DNA of 64,000 bases from an uncultured Bacillota bacterium. GTDB taxonomy: Bacteria > Bacillota > DTU025 > MWDF01. Each line of letters begins with the position of its first letter. The first letter of the stretch is position 1. The notes beneath the pieces were generated by a model. It was not told the origin of the DNA. It was given only the letters and a program-made list of their open reading frames with translations, and did no database searches. The position numbers were made by a program, and so were the translations under genes. Below are positions 11,019 to 20,519 of the stretch, one piece after another. The DNA is taken from assembly GCA_963823655.1 (NCBI GenBank), contig CAWGMK010000010.1:192001-256000 (forward strand). The letters are read 5' to 3'.

Positions 11019-12157
11019 TGAACAGGGCCGATGTTGTCATAATCGGCGGCGGCATAAACGGAGCTGCTTCTGCCTACAACCTCGCCAAGCTGGGCGTGAA
11101 GAATATAGTGGTCGTCGAGCGCGATACGATATGCGGGGGATCCACCGGAAGGTGCGGAGCCGGCATTAGGGCCCAGTGGGGGACCCTCATGAACTGCACT
11201 ATCGCCGCCAACGCGATAGCTACCTTCGAAGGGCTCAAAGACGAGCTCGGAATGGATATCGGGCTCAACCAGTGCGGCTATCTCATGGTGGCCTACAAGG
11301 ATAGTGAGTTCGAGCAGCTCAAGGAGAATATCTGCCTTCAGAACTCCTGCGGGATCGAAAGCAGGGTAGTCAGCAAGGATGAAGCGTATGAGATCTGCCC
11401 TGGGCTGTGGGCGGAGGACGCCGTCGGGTTCACATTCCATTCCAAGGACGGGCATGCAGACCCCTTCCTCACAACCTTCGCCTATGTGGAGGCGGCCAAG
11501 AGGCTGGGCGTGGAATTCGAGCGCTTCACTGAGGTGCAGGCGATTAACACGGTAAACGGCAGGGTGGAATCGGTGCTTACGGATAAGGGGACCATCTGGA
11601 CAAAGGTCGTGCTCAACTGCGCGGGGCCATATTCGCAGATAGTCGCCAAGATGGCAGGAGTCGAGCTTCCGGTCTTCTCCGAAAGGCACGAGATTGTAAT
11701 AACCGAGCCGGTGGATCCTGGAGTATGCCCTCCGATGCTCATGAGCTTCTCCGGCAACTACTATATCCAGCAGAGGCCGCACGGCTCGATCATCGGCGGC
11801 TGCAGCCCGGAGGGACATCCGCAGGATTTCGCCAACAATGTATCATGGGACTTCTTAGGCCACATGGCGGGCGTCTTCACGAAGCTTCTGCCGCGCACCA
11901 GGGACATAAGGATTGTTAGGCAGTGGGCGGGCATGTACAACATGACGCCGGACAGGCAGCCTCTTTTAGGCAGCACTGAGGTCGAGGGCTTCTACATCTC
12001 CTGCGGCTATTCCGGGCATGGCTTCATGCTGGCGCCTTTTACAGGAAGGCTCATGGCGGAGCTCATATCGTCCGGCAAGTCGTCTATGGACATCTCCATG
12101 CTGGATTACAGGCGGTTTGAAAGAGGCGAGATGATAATCGAGCCGGCCGTTGTGTAG
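11015..12157 (+). CDS. DAO-family FAD oxidoreductase, sarcosine oxidase beta/dye-linked proline dehydrogenase beta-like
   Basis: GGGING, GSTGRCGAGIRAQW, RQWAGMYNMTPDRQP, GYSGHGFMLAP. Confidence 0.88.
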   Translation: MMNRADVVIIGGGINGAASAYNLAKLGVKNIVVVERDTICGGSTGRCGAGIRAQWGTLMNCTIAANAIATFEGLKDELGMDIGLNQCGYLMVAYKDSEFEQLKENICLQNSCGIESRVVSKDEAYEICPGLWAEDAVGFTFHSKDGHADPFLTTFAYVEAAKRLGVEFERFTEVQAINTVNGRVESVLTDKGTIWTKVVLNCAGPYSQIVAKMAGVELPVFSERHEIVITEPVDPGVCPPMLMSFSGNYYIQQRPHGSIIGGCSPEGHPQDFANNVSWDFLGHMAGVFTKLLPRTRDIRIVRQWAGMYNMTPDRQPLLGSTEVEGFYISCGYSGHGFMLAPFTGRLMAELISSGKSSMDISMLDYRRFERGEMIIEPAVV

Positions 12158-12205
12158 CAGGATGCAAGGCAGTAGAGCATTTGGGTGCACCATCGGGGAG
12201 CGAAC

Positions 12206-13258
12206 ATGTACGACATAGCGATAATCGGCCTGGGGCCTGCCGGTGCGACCTTGGCAAGGGCGCTTGGCGGCAGGTTCAAGGTGGTCGCAATAGACATGAA
12301 GGGCGCTACTGCGGCGAGCGGTGGCTTCATGAAGCCCTGCGGAGGTCTGATCGCCCCGGATGCGCAAAGAGCCCTTGCGAAGGCGGGCATGGCGCTGCCG
12401 GCACATGTATTGGCCGACCCGCAGATGTTCTCTGTAAAGGCGTTTGATCTAAAATCCGGCCTATCCAGGCAATACCAGCGGTTCTACATAAATGTCGACA
12501 GGCACAGGTTCGACCTGTGGCTTTGCTCTATGATTCCGGCCGAAGTCGAAGTCATCCCTGAAGCCAGGTGCACAAGTATAAGTGTGGATGACGGGGTTTA
12601 TCGAGTTGGCTATGTAAAAGGCGGGCTGGAGAGCGAGCTGACTGCAAAATATGTAGTTGGAGCGGACGGGTCCAATTCTATTGTCAGAAGGACGCTTTTT
12701 AAGACCCCGATTAGGCGTTATGTCAGCATACAGCAGTGGTTCAGAAGAGATTCGGTTGGAGGCAGCTTCTCCTGCTTCTTCGATGAGTCCATCACGGACT
12801 GCTATGCCTGGGGCAATCAGAAGGACGGATACTTCGTGCTGGGGGCGGCGCTTGCAAAGAAGGGCTGCAGGGAGAGCTTCGAGCGCCTGAAGGCGAAGCT
12901 TGAGAGGAAAGGGTACGACCTGGCAGAGCCCGAGAGGACGGAGGCATGCCTGGTATCCAGGCCTTCGAATGTCGGGCAGATAGTTGCTGTAAAAGGTAAT
13001 GCATTTTTGGTAGGGGAGGCAGGCGGCTTCATAAGCCCGAGCTCGCTCGAGGGGATAAGTTATGCCATTGAAACCGGCATGATGCTCGGGAGGGCTTTCA
13101 ATGAACACCAGGACAGACCCGGGAGGGCCTACAATCGCATGCTGGCAGGACTGAAGCTGAAGCTGATGCTCAAGACCCTGAAATCGGTGGGGCTATATAC
13201 TCCATGGATAAGGAGAATGATACTCAGGAGCGGCCTCAATTCCATAAAGCAGCGGTAA
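12206..13258 (+). CDS. CbrA/YidS-like FAD-dependent reductase (geranylgeranyl reductase family)
   Basis: GLGPAG, KPCGGLIAPDAQ, GADG, GEAGGFISPSSLEGISYA. Confidence 0.8.
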   Translation: MYDIAIIGLGPAGATLARALGGRFKVVAIDMKGATAASGGFMKPCGGLIAPDAQRALAKAGMALPAHVLADPQMFSVKAFDLKSGLSRQYQRFYINVDRHRFDLWLCSMIPAEVEVIPEARCTSISVDDGVYRVGYVKGGLESELTAKYVVGADGSNSIVRRTLFKTPIRRYVSIQQWFRRDSVGGSFSCFFDESITDCYAWGNQKDGYFVLGAALAKKGCRESFERLKAKLERKGYDLAEPERTEACLVSRPSNVGQIVAVKGNAFLVGEAGGFISPSSLEGISYAIETGMMLGRAFNEHQDRPGRAYNRMLAGLKLKLMLKTLKSVGLYTPWIRRMILRSGLNSIKQR

Positions 13259-13332
13259 TGGGAAGGCACATCTGCTAGGGCTATTACGACAATGGATAAC
13301 CTATAGGGCTTCCTTTGGAGTCTGGAAACCTC

Positions 13333-13912
13333 CTAGATGAAAAGGGATGCTGCGCAATAGAGGAGCAGCAGCGCCATCACGGCGTTCGTAGCCTTGTAGT
13401 GATTCGTATAGAAAGACTGGAACATCGCCCCGAAGCCTCCCCATATGACGGTAGACAGGAAGCATAAGAACCCCAACAGCAGGCTGAGGCCCGCTATCGG
13501 CGCAAACGCCGTGAAATTGGGGGTTATGAACACCGATGCGACGGTGAGGGCCATCAGTATCCCTTTGGGATTTATAAACTGTACGGCCAGAGCCGGCAGG
13601 AAGTTCTTGATGCTGGCTGCGGCATTCTTCTCGTGAGGCTTGGCAGTCCATATCTTGTAGGCCAGGTAAAGGATATAGGCAGCGCCCAGGATAGTGACGA
13701 AAGGTTTGATCTGAGGAACCAGCTTGTACAGGTATGAACTGAACAGGCAAGCCATCAGCACATTGAACGTCTGGCCCACCATGACGCCGAAATCGAAGCC
13801 GATGCTCTTTACTAACTCCGTACCTGATGCCGTTGTTCATCGCCATGATGTTGTTCGGCCCGGGCGTCAGTATCTGCAGGAGCGTATATGAGAAGAATGC
13901 GGCGTAGTTCAT
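13333..13912 (-). CDS. LysE/RhtB family amino-acid exporter; frameshift near 13813
   Basis: TPGPNN at the N-terminus; GAAYILYLAYKI and QFINPK in the second frame. Confidence 0.85.
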
Positions 13913-14172
13913 AATCCGTACCCCAATCTATGTTCTTCAAGTGGTTATCATTCATTGGAATATAACATAAAAGCCATATGTAATGCATCACAATGGTTCA
14001 TCAAGAGAGAATTGGTATGGCATTATAAAATGCGGCAGCAACGGGAATGATAGCGCTTGTATCTTTTGCAATAGAGCCACAGGCAAGCAGGGAGCCCTCA
14101 CGATGAAGGGCGTGCTTATAACGCAGATTATTTGGCACGCCCGACTAGTCGATTAAGCATTTCGGTTAAGGG

Positions 14173-14928
14173 TTAGACATACATTTCCTTGTATATCTGC
14201 TCGAGCATATACTTTGCGAAAGCTAATAGCTCATCCTCGGCTACGTTCATCTCGTTCTGTGTGTCTGCGCAAACTTTCACGGCCTCGGTGACTAGACCAT
14301 GGTATTCTTGCGGCAAGTGCGATGCGCACCAATATCCTCCCTCTAGTTTCGAACCGATGAACCCCTTCCTGAGGAAATAGAGGGTTCTGCAAAGATTGAG
14401 CGTTACGTAGACCGGATCCTTGTTGATAGCCTCCTTGGCATCCTCTATGTCGTAAATGAGCGCGTCAATGAAATAGGACTTGGGTATCCTTCCGAAGACC
14501 TCCTCGATGGGCTTCCCGTACAGACACACGCCCCTGTGCTTCACTACGGCAAGATGGGCTGCAAGATCCCTGTCGGTGGTCCCTCCGCAGATATAGTCCA
14601 TATCCGCCTCGTACATCTGCTTGTGGGCCGGCGAGTAGTGGAGCTCGAATGGCATCGGATGCACGATGTTCTTCGCGTGTTTTTCAAGGATTACGCTCAT
14701 CTCTAGCCCCTTGGCGGGCAGAGGGCCGACAGTCGAAATCTCGTCTATGAGGGCCCGCTTGGTTTTAAGCTCCATCGGCTCCTTGACTACAGCTATCAAG
14801 TCGATATCACTCTTCGGCGTGAAACACCCCATAGCAAGAGAACCATGCAGGTATAGTCCCGTAAGGTTGTCCTGGAGGACTTTCTTGTATTTGTCTACTA
14901 TCTCAACCAGGGTTTTCTCGATATTCAT
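14173..14928 (-). CDS. Aminoglycoside adenylyltransferase-like nucleotidyltransferase (NTP_transf_2 + DUF4111-like)
   Basis: YLHGSLAMGCFTPKSDIDL catalytic motif, DRDLAAH, LNLCR, SKLEGGYW. Confidence 0.8.
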   Translation of the reverse strand: MNIEKTLVEIVDKYKKVLQDNLTGLYLHGSLAMGCFTPKSDIDLIAVVKEPMELKTKRALIDEISTVGPLPAKGLEMSVILEKHAKNIVHPMPFELHYSPAHKQMYEADMDYICGGTTDRDLAAHLAVVKHRGVCLYGKPIEEVFGRIPKSYFIDALIYDIEDAKEAINKDPVYVTLNLCRTLYFLRKGFIGSKLEGGYWCASHLPQEYHGLVTEAVKVCADTQNEMNVAEDELLAFAKYMLEQIYKEMYV

Positions 14929-15261
14929 CAGCATGCACCACCTTTCGTCGGAATCTCGTTGTTCCGCGATCCGGTTAAGCATCCTAAGAATATTCTATTA
15001 CATAGAAGACGAAATGTTGGCAAGTATGAATAGTTTATAAAAGCAATAATAAGAACCGCTGCCCAATGACTTTATCTGTTAGTCCTGTGTTCAATCCGTA
15101 GGTGCGAATTAGAAAAGTGAACGCCGGCATGAGCGAAGAAAACGTCCGTCATAAAAACATGGTGATAAGAAGAAATACCGTATGGGTATCGTCTGGTGTT
15201 TCTTGAATGGCCCTGTAACTGTATCTTTGCTTTTCATACAATAATCTGGCGCTGCATGAGC

Positions 15262-16650
15262 TTATGCTTCAGGGACGTCGGTGAGGTTTTTAACCCAGCG
15301 TTCCTTCCTGAAGAGCGAATAGGCTATTGTAAGCTTTATAAACTCTGTCGCTTGTGCCAGCACGAACAGCTGTATCAATGGCAACGAAGTGAAATTCGCC
15401 AGCATCAGAGCGTATGGCACCGTTATGAACCAGGTGAATAGGGAGTCCATTAGCATAACCGACTTTGTATCGCCACCTGATCTGAGTATGAAGAAGAAAC
15501 CTGCATTAGTCAGGTATATCGGCATCATGACGGCAGATATCGCTATCAGTATCCTGGCCGTGGCTCGCACATCAGGCGTGACATTGTAAACGGACGGTAT
15601 CAGGATGCCAGTGGCTATATGCAGCACCAACAGGCATGCCGATATGAATATGCCGAACAGGATCAATCTCCTTGAATCCCGCCTCGCCTCATCAAGCTTG
15701 TTAGCACCAAGCGCATGGCCAATTATTACGGATATGGCCGTAGCCTGTCCGCTGTTAACCACGAAGAACATGTTGTTCACGGCGTTCATGATATTCAGAG
15801 CCGCCAGCGCTACGACGCCTCGCGTGGAATAGGCCTTGAACTGCATCGTAACCCCGGTGGACCAAAGAAGCTCATTCGCAATGAGGGGAATCGACTTTAT
15901 CAAGATTGTCTTGAACAGCACCCGCTTCACCTTGATTATCCGGGCTATGGACGTCCTGAACGGGCAGGTATCCTTCTGCATGGCGGAATAGAGCATGATT
16001 AGCTCAACTACCCTTGCGATTATCGTGGCGTATGCCGCGCCTCTGACGCCAAGGGCAGGTGCGCCGAACTTGCCGAAAATCAGAATATAGTTGAAAACCA
16101 TGTTGACGAAGACGGCTACTATTGACGGCAGCACCGCCACCTTTGATTGTCCGATGCTCCTAAAAGAGCCTGCAGTTGCGATGCTGAACGCCATCGGAAG
16201 ATAGGTGAACAAGGCTACTCGTATATAGGCGACGCCTTCTGTTATCGTGCCAGCGTCCTTCGTAAAGAATCCGATTATCTTATATGCTCCGAAATAGGCC
16301 AGCAGCATGAAGAATATGGAGACCACAAAAGAGCAGATTAGCATGAATCTGTAAGACTGCTTCATGCCGTCCTTGTCTTTTGCACCCCAGAATTGGGCTA
16401 CGTATAATCCGCCGCCTCCGGCAATTCCGAAGAGCATCAGCGTATAGATGAAGTAGAACTGATTGGCAATACCGACGCCCGCAATAGACTGCGATCCCAA
16501 CTGACCTACTTGCAGATTGTCCACCAGGTTGACTACCGTAGATATCAGCTGCTGCAGCATGATGGGGGCCATGATGACGATCGCGTGTTTATAGAAGGCC
16601 TTGTCAGCCACATGGGGCCTTATCCTTCTTTCGAACCACGATGACCGCAT
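15262..16650 (-). CDS. MATE family efflux transporter
   Basis: APIMLQQ, VDNLQVGQLG, AQFWGA, FGAPALGVRGAAYAT, LRSGGDT. Confidence 0.9.
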   Translation of the reverse strand: MRSSWFERRIRPHVADKAFYKHAIVIMAPIMLQQLISTVVNLVDNLQVGQLGSQSIAGVGIANQFYFIYTLMLFGIAGGGGLYVAQFWGAKDKDGMKQSYRFMLICSFVVSIFFMLLAYFGAYKIIGFFTKDAGTITEGVAYIRVALFTYLPMAFSIATAGSFRSIGQSKVAVLPSIVAVFVNMVFNYILIFGKFGAPALGVRGAAYATIIARVVELIMLYSAMQKDTCPFRTSIARIIKVKRVLFKTILIKSIPLIANELLWSTGVTMQFKAYSTRGVVALAALNIMNAVNNMFFVVNSGQATAISVIIGHALGANKLDEARRDSRRLILFGIFISACLLVLHIATGILIPSVYNVTPDVRATARILIAISAVMMPIYLTNAGFFFILRSGGDTKSVMLMDSLFTWFITVPYALMLANFTSLPLIQLFVLAQATEFIKLTIAYSLFRKERWVKNLTDVPEA

Positions 16651-16754
16651 AATAGACCTCCAGAGTGTATTCGCAGCAACATAAAAGTTTAACAGCGAGC
16701 CGTAAAAGGGGCAAGGAAAATATGCTATTAGGGCGATTCCTTGCAAGTAAAGCA

Positions 16755-16783
16755 GAAGGAGCGCCCATGTCAAGCGCCCCTTC
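16755..16783 (-). terminator. Hairpin terminator after the UxaA-family genes
   Basis: On minus strand gaaggggcgc...gcgctccttc followed by tgcttt. Confidence 0.5.
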
Positions 16784-16824
16784 CTTAACAGCCCATATTA
16801 GGATGTCCAAAGGAATGCCCTAAG

Positions 16825-18012
16825 CTAGAAAGACCAGCCCACCCTGAATATGCCGAATTCCTTATGCCCGGTTATCTCGGACTTTGTGAGCTTTCCTCTT
16901 GAGGCTTCCACTATCGCCTCGAATATCAGCGCTCCTGCTTCGTCCAGGCTCATCTTCCCATCCATGACAGGCCCCAAATCCAGGTCGATATTTTCCTGCA
17001 TCTTGCGGTAGGTCGCGGAGTTGCCGGTTACTTTGATTACCGGTGCGATCGCGGTGCCGGTAGGCGTGCCGAGGCCTGTCGTAAAGACCAGGATGTGGGC
17101 TCCGCCGGCCAGCTCTCCCGTCATGGAATCGACGTCCTGCCCGGGCGTGTCCATCATGTATAGCCCCTTTGTGCCTTGCGGCAGCTCCTGCCCATAGGAG
17201 AGCACACCTTCAAGCGGCGCTTTGCCGGCTTTCAGTATGCAGCCAAGGGATTTCTCCTCTATGGTCGAGATCCCGCCTCTAATATTGCCGGGCGTGGGCT
17301 GAGTGCCCCTTAGGTCGGAGCCCATGGCAAAGGCCCTCTTTTCGACATCAGTTACGATCTTCACCAGCTCGTCGGCAGTCTGCTTGTCCCTTGCCCTTTC
17401 GGCGAGTATCATCTCGGCCCCGATGAGCTCGGTCGTCTCAGACAGTATGGCGGTTCCTCCTGCCGCTACCAGGGCGTCTGAGGCAACTCCAAGGGCGGGG
17501 TTGGCCGCAATGCCGGATGTCGGGTCTGATCCGCCGCACTCAAGCCCCAGCACAAGCTCGGAGAGGGGGAAGGGCTCCTGCTTCATCGCTGAGAGCTTCT
17601 CGGAAAGCTTCAGTGCCTTCCTTACGCCCTCGGCTACGGCGCCGCTGGTGCCACCGCTCTCCTGTATGATCACAAGCTCTACGTCTTTGCCTGAAGATGA
17701 TATGCCCTCGGTAAGCTCAGTCGGCTTCATACCTTCACAACCGAGCCCCACTACAAGCACTGCGCCTACATTCGGGTTCTTTCCCATGCCTATTAGAGTG
17801 CGCGCGGTCTGTGCGTAATCTTCGCCCATCTGGCAGCATCCGTTGGAGTGCACAAGGGCGACCGAACCGGGAACAGCGGCCGCGATCCTTGATGCCACCT
17901 CGCCAGCGCAAACGGACGCGGGGATTATCGCAAGGTGGTTTCTTATGCCATGCCTTCCTACAGGCCTTTTATAACCAAGGAGCATAATAGGCTTTTCTGT
18001 CATACCGCTCAT
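16825..18012 (-). CDS. UxaA-family dehydratase large subunit (altronate dehydratase/SuyB-like)
   Basis: GIRNH, HSNGCCQ, GLGCE, ECGGSD, SETTELIGAE, EEKSLG, FTTG. Confidence 0.88.
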   Translation of the reverse strand: MSGMTEKPIMLLGYKRPVGRHGIRNHLAIIPASVCAGEVASRIAAAVPGSVALVHSNGCCQMGEDYAQTARTLIGMGKNPNVGAVLVVGLGCEGMKPTELTEGISSSGKDVELVIIQESGGTSGAVAEGVRKALKLSEKLSAMKQEPFPLSELVLGLECGGSDPTSGIAANPALGVASDALVAAGGTAILSETTELIGAEMILAERARDKQTADELVKIVTDVEKRAFAMGSDLRGTQPTPGNIRGGISTIEEKSLGCILKAGKAPLEGVLSYGQELPQGTKGLYMMDTPGQDVDSMTGELAGGAHILVFTTGLGTPTGTAIAPVIKVTGNSATYRKMQENIDLDLGPVMDGKMSLDEAGALIFEAIVEASRGKLTKSEITGHKEFGIFRVGWSF

Positions 18013-18293
18013 CTCGCATCCCTCCTCGCCCTGAGGCTGGCAATGTTGTGGATGTGTACGTGTTCGCCGCGGGCGATGGGCTTTGTGGCAACTCCCATGG
18101 GGCTGCCGTACTTTACGATTATCGAGCCTTCGTGTATGTCCTTGATCGCTATCTTGTGAAGGCCGGGGATGTCCTGCAGGGCTTGCACCGAATGGCAACA
18201 GTCCTCCCCTATTTGGACATGGGAGCCTTCCTTTACATCGGTAAGGACCGTGGCGATGTTGTCAGCGGGGTCAGAGAGAAGGGCGAAAGGCAT
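18009..18293 (-). CDS. UxaA-family small SAF-domain subunit
   Basis: DNIAT, HKIA, VKYG, GEHVHIHN; overlaps the large-subunit start. Confidence 0.85.
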   Translation of the reverse strand: MPFALLSDPADNIATVLTDVKEGSHVQIGEDCCHSVQALQDIPGLHKIAIKDIHEGSIIVKYGSPMGVATKPIARGEHVHIHNIASLRARRDAR

Positions 18294-18436
18294 TAGAGCA
18301 CCTCCAGAAATAAATACGCGCAAGCAAAGGATATTCATCTTCGTTTATACTGATAGAATAATACATATAAGCCACATAGCGCCACATGGCGCAAGCCTTA
18401 GCGAATATTGCCGAAGAGGCATCAGGGGGTGAGCGG

Positions 18437-19156
18437 ATGGGAAGGTATGACAGGCACAAGGGGCTTCCGGGTTTCGACGAAGGGGCCCAGGACAGGCTCA
18501 AGGCGTCCGGGGCGCTTGTAGTAGGGGCCGGTGGGATCGGCTCTCCTCTGCTCTACTATCTTGCGGCAGCGGGCGTTGGAAGAATTGGAATAATCGATTC
18601 CGATGTAATAGAGCTTTCCAACCTCAACCGCCAGATCCTGCACTTCACCCAGGACATAGGCGAGGTGAAGGCGGCCTCCGCCGCATTCAAGATCTCGCAG
18701 CTTAACCCCGAGGTGAAGACCGTGATGCATGCGCTTAGGCTGGACGACGACAACGCTCCGGAGCTTATCCTCGGCTATGACATAGTCCTTGGCGCCGTGG
18801 ACAACCCCCATGCGCGCCAGGTGATGAACCGCGCCTGCCATAAGACGGGCACGACTTACATAGACGGATCCGTGGCGGGATATACGGGAATTGTAGGCTT
18901 CTTCGAACCGAAAATAGGCCCTTGCAGGGCATGTTTGCTGCCGGACAAATCGCCTGAGAAGGGCGAATCCCCGGCGGTGCTTGGGGCAGCGGCAGGAACC
19001 GTCGGCTCCATAATGGCGGCTGAGGCAGTGAGGTTCCTGGCGGCGGGCAAGAAGGGCTTCCCGGCAGGAAGGCTCATCTATCTGGACCTGTACTCCGGAA
19101 TCTTCGAGACCATGGAGCTCGCCAGGAAGGAAAGCTGCATAGTTTGCGGCGGCTGA
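18437..19156 (+). CDS. HesA/MoeB/ThiF family adenylyltransferase
   Basis: GAGGIGS, SNLNRQ, Zn motifs CRAC and CIVC. Confidence 0.88.
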   Translation: MGRYDRHKGLPGFDEGAQDRLKASGALVVGAGGIGSPLLYYLAAAGVGRIGIIDSDVIELSNLNRQILHFTQDIGEVKAASAAFKISQLNPEVKTVMHALRLDDDNAPELILGYDIVLGAVDNPHARQVMNRACHKTGTTYIDGSVAGYTGIVGFFEPKIGPCRACLLPDKSPEKGESPAVLGAAAGTVGSIMAAEAVRFLAAGKKGFPAGRLIYLDLYSGIFETMELARKESCIVCGG

Positions 19157-19272
19157 TGTCAGTTGCCCTGCAAACCTTAAATCAAATGACGGACTGAAGC
19201 ATAATCAATATGTAAGCGAAATAGGCCGGCCGCCAGCCGGCCTTGTTATTAGCAATATGAGGAGGTAAGCAA

Positions 19273-20436
19273 ATGCCCAACAAGGAAATGCTGCTCATCC
19301 CGGGGCCGACTCCGGTAGCCGACGAGGTATATGATGCCCTGTCGAGCGAGATTCGGGCCCATACCGATCCCAGGTTCGTCGAAATCTACAAGAACGCCCT
19401 TGCAATGACCAAGCAGATGTTCAACTGCGACGGAGAGGTATTCGTAGTTGCCGGCTCCGGAACGCTGTCCATGGAGATGGCCGTAGTCAATACAGTGGCC
19501 CCCGGCGAGAAGATACTAGTATTGAGCCATGGTTACTTCGGCGACCGCTTCATCCAGCTGGGAGAGGCTTTCGGCATTAAAGTAGAGGCCATCAAATCGG
19601 AGTGGGGCAAGCACGTGGACGTCAAGGAAGTTGAGAAGAAGCTGGCCGAGGGTGGCTTCAAAGCCGTGACAGTGACGCATGTGGACACCTCGACCGGTGT
19701 TGAATCGAACCTGGAGGCCCTTGTGCCCGTAATAAAGAAGAGCGGTGCGCTTCTCATCCTGGACGGCGTTTGCGCAACCGCTGCCATCGAAGAGGACATG
19801 AACAAGGCATACTCCGGAAACGAGGACTACAAGATAGACGTAGTGCTCACAGGAAGCCAGAAGGCGATAGGAGTGCCCCCCGGACTTGCAATCGTTGCAT
19901 TCGGCAAGAAGGCGCTTGCTGCAAGGGAAGCTCTCGGCAGGATATACGCTTATTACGCGGACATCAAGATGTGGATCCCCGTCATGCAGAACCCCGGCAA
20001 GTACTACGCCACACCTGCCATAAACATGGTTTTCGGATATGAAGCGGGCATGAAGGCCGTAATGGCCGAGGGACTTGAGAAGAGGTACGCAAGGCACAGA
20101 GCATATGGCAAAGCAGTTAGGGCGGCGCTTGCAACATACGGGCTCAAGGCCCTTGCGGACGAGTCAATCGCAGCACCCACGCTTTCGACCATACGTCATA
20201 TCGAAGGTGCAGATGACGCGGCATTCAGGGCAGCTCTTGCGAAGCGCGGTATGATCGTAGCTGGCGCGCTGGCATCTCTTGCCGGCAAGGCGTTCAGGAT
20301 AGGGCACATGGGAAGCTCAACTCCCGCTATGCTTGAGAAGGCCGTATTGCTAATCGGCGAGGCTCTTGAAGAGCTAGGCTACAAGGTCGACAAAGCGGCT
20401 GCAGTTGCCACATTCAAGAAGGTCTACGGAGCCTAA
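19273..20436 (+). CDS. Class V PLP aminotransferase (alanine/serine-glyoxylate type)
   Basis: LLIPGPT, THVDTSTG, GSQKA, FRIGHMG. Confidence 0.9.
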   Translation: MPNKEMLLIPGPTPVADEVYDALSSEIRAHTDPRFVEIYKNALAMTKQMFNCDGEVFVVAGSGTLSMEMAVVNTVAPGEKILVLSHGYFGDRFIQLGEAFGIKVEAIKSEWGKHVDVKEVEKKLAEGGFKAVTVTHVDTSTGVESNLEALVPVIKKSGALLILDGVCATAAIEEDMNKAYSGNEDYKIDVVLTGSQKAIGVPPGLAIVAFGKKALAAREALGRIYAYYADIKMWIPVMQNPGKYYATPAINMVFGYEAGMKAVMAEGLEKRYARHRAYGKAVRAALATYGLKALADESIAAPTLSTIRHIEGADDAAFRAALAKRGMIVAGALASLAGKAFRIGHMGSSTPAMLEKAVLLIGEALEELGYKVDKAAAVATFKKVYGA

Positions 20437-20473
20437 AGAAGCCAGAAACAAAAACTTAAGATAGAGTTCAAAC

Positions 20474-20509
20474 CAAAGCTGCGGCACCTGGAAAAGTGCC
20501 GCAGCTTTG
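20474..20509. terminator. Bidirectional terminator between convergent genes
   Basis: Perfect 14-bp inverted repeat caaagctgcggcac / gtgccgcagctttg. Confidence 0.75.
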
Positions 20510-20519
20510 ACTATGCCTA

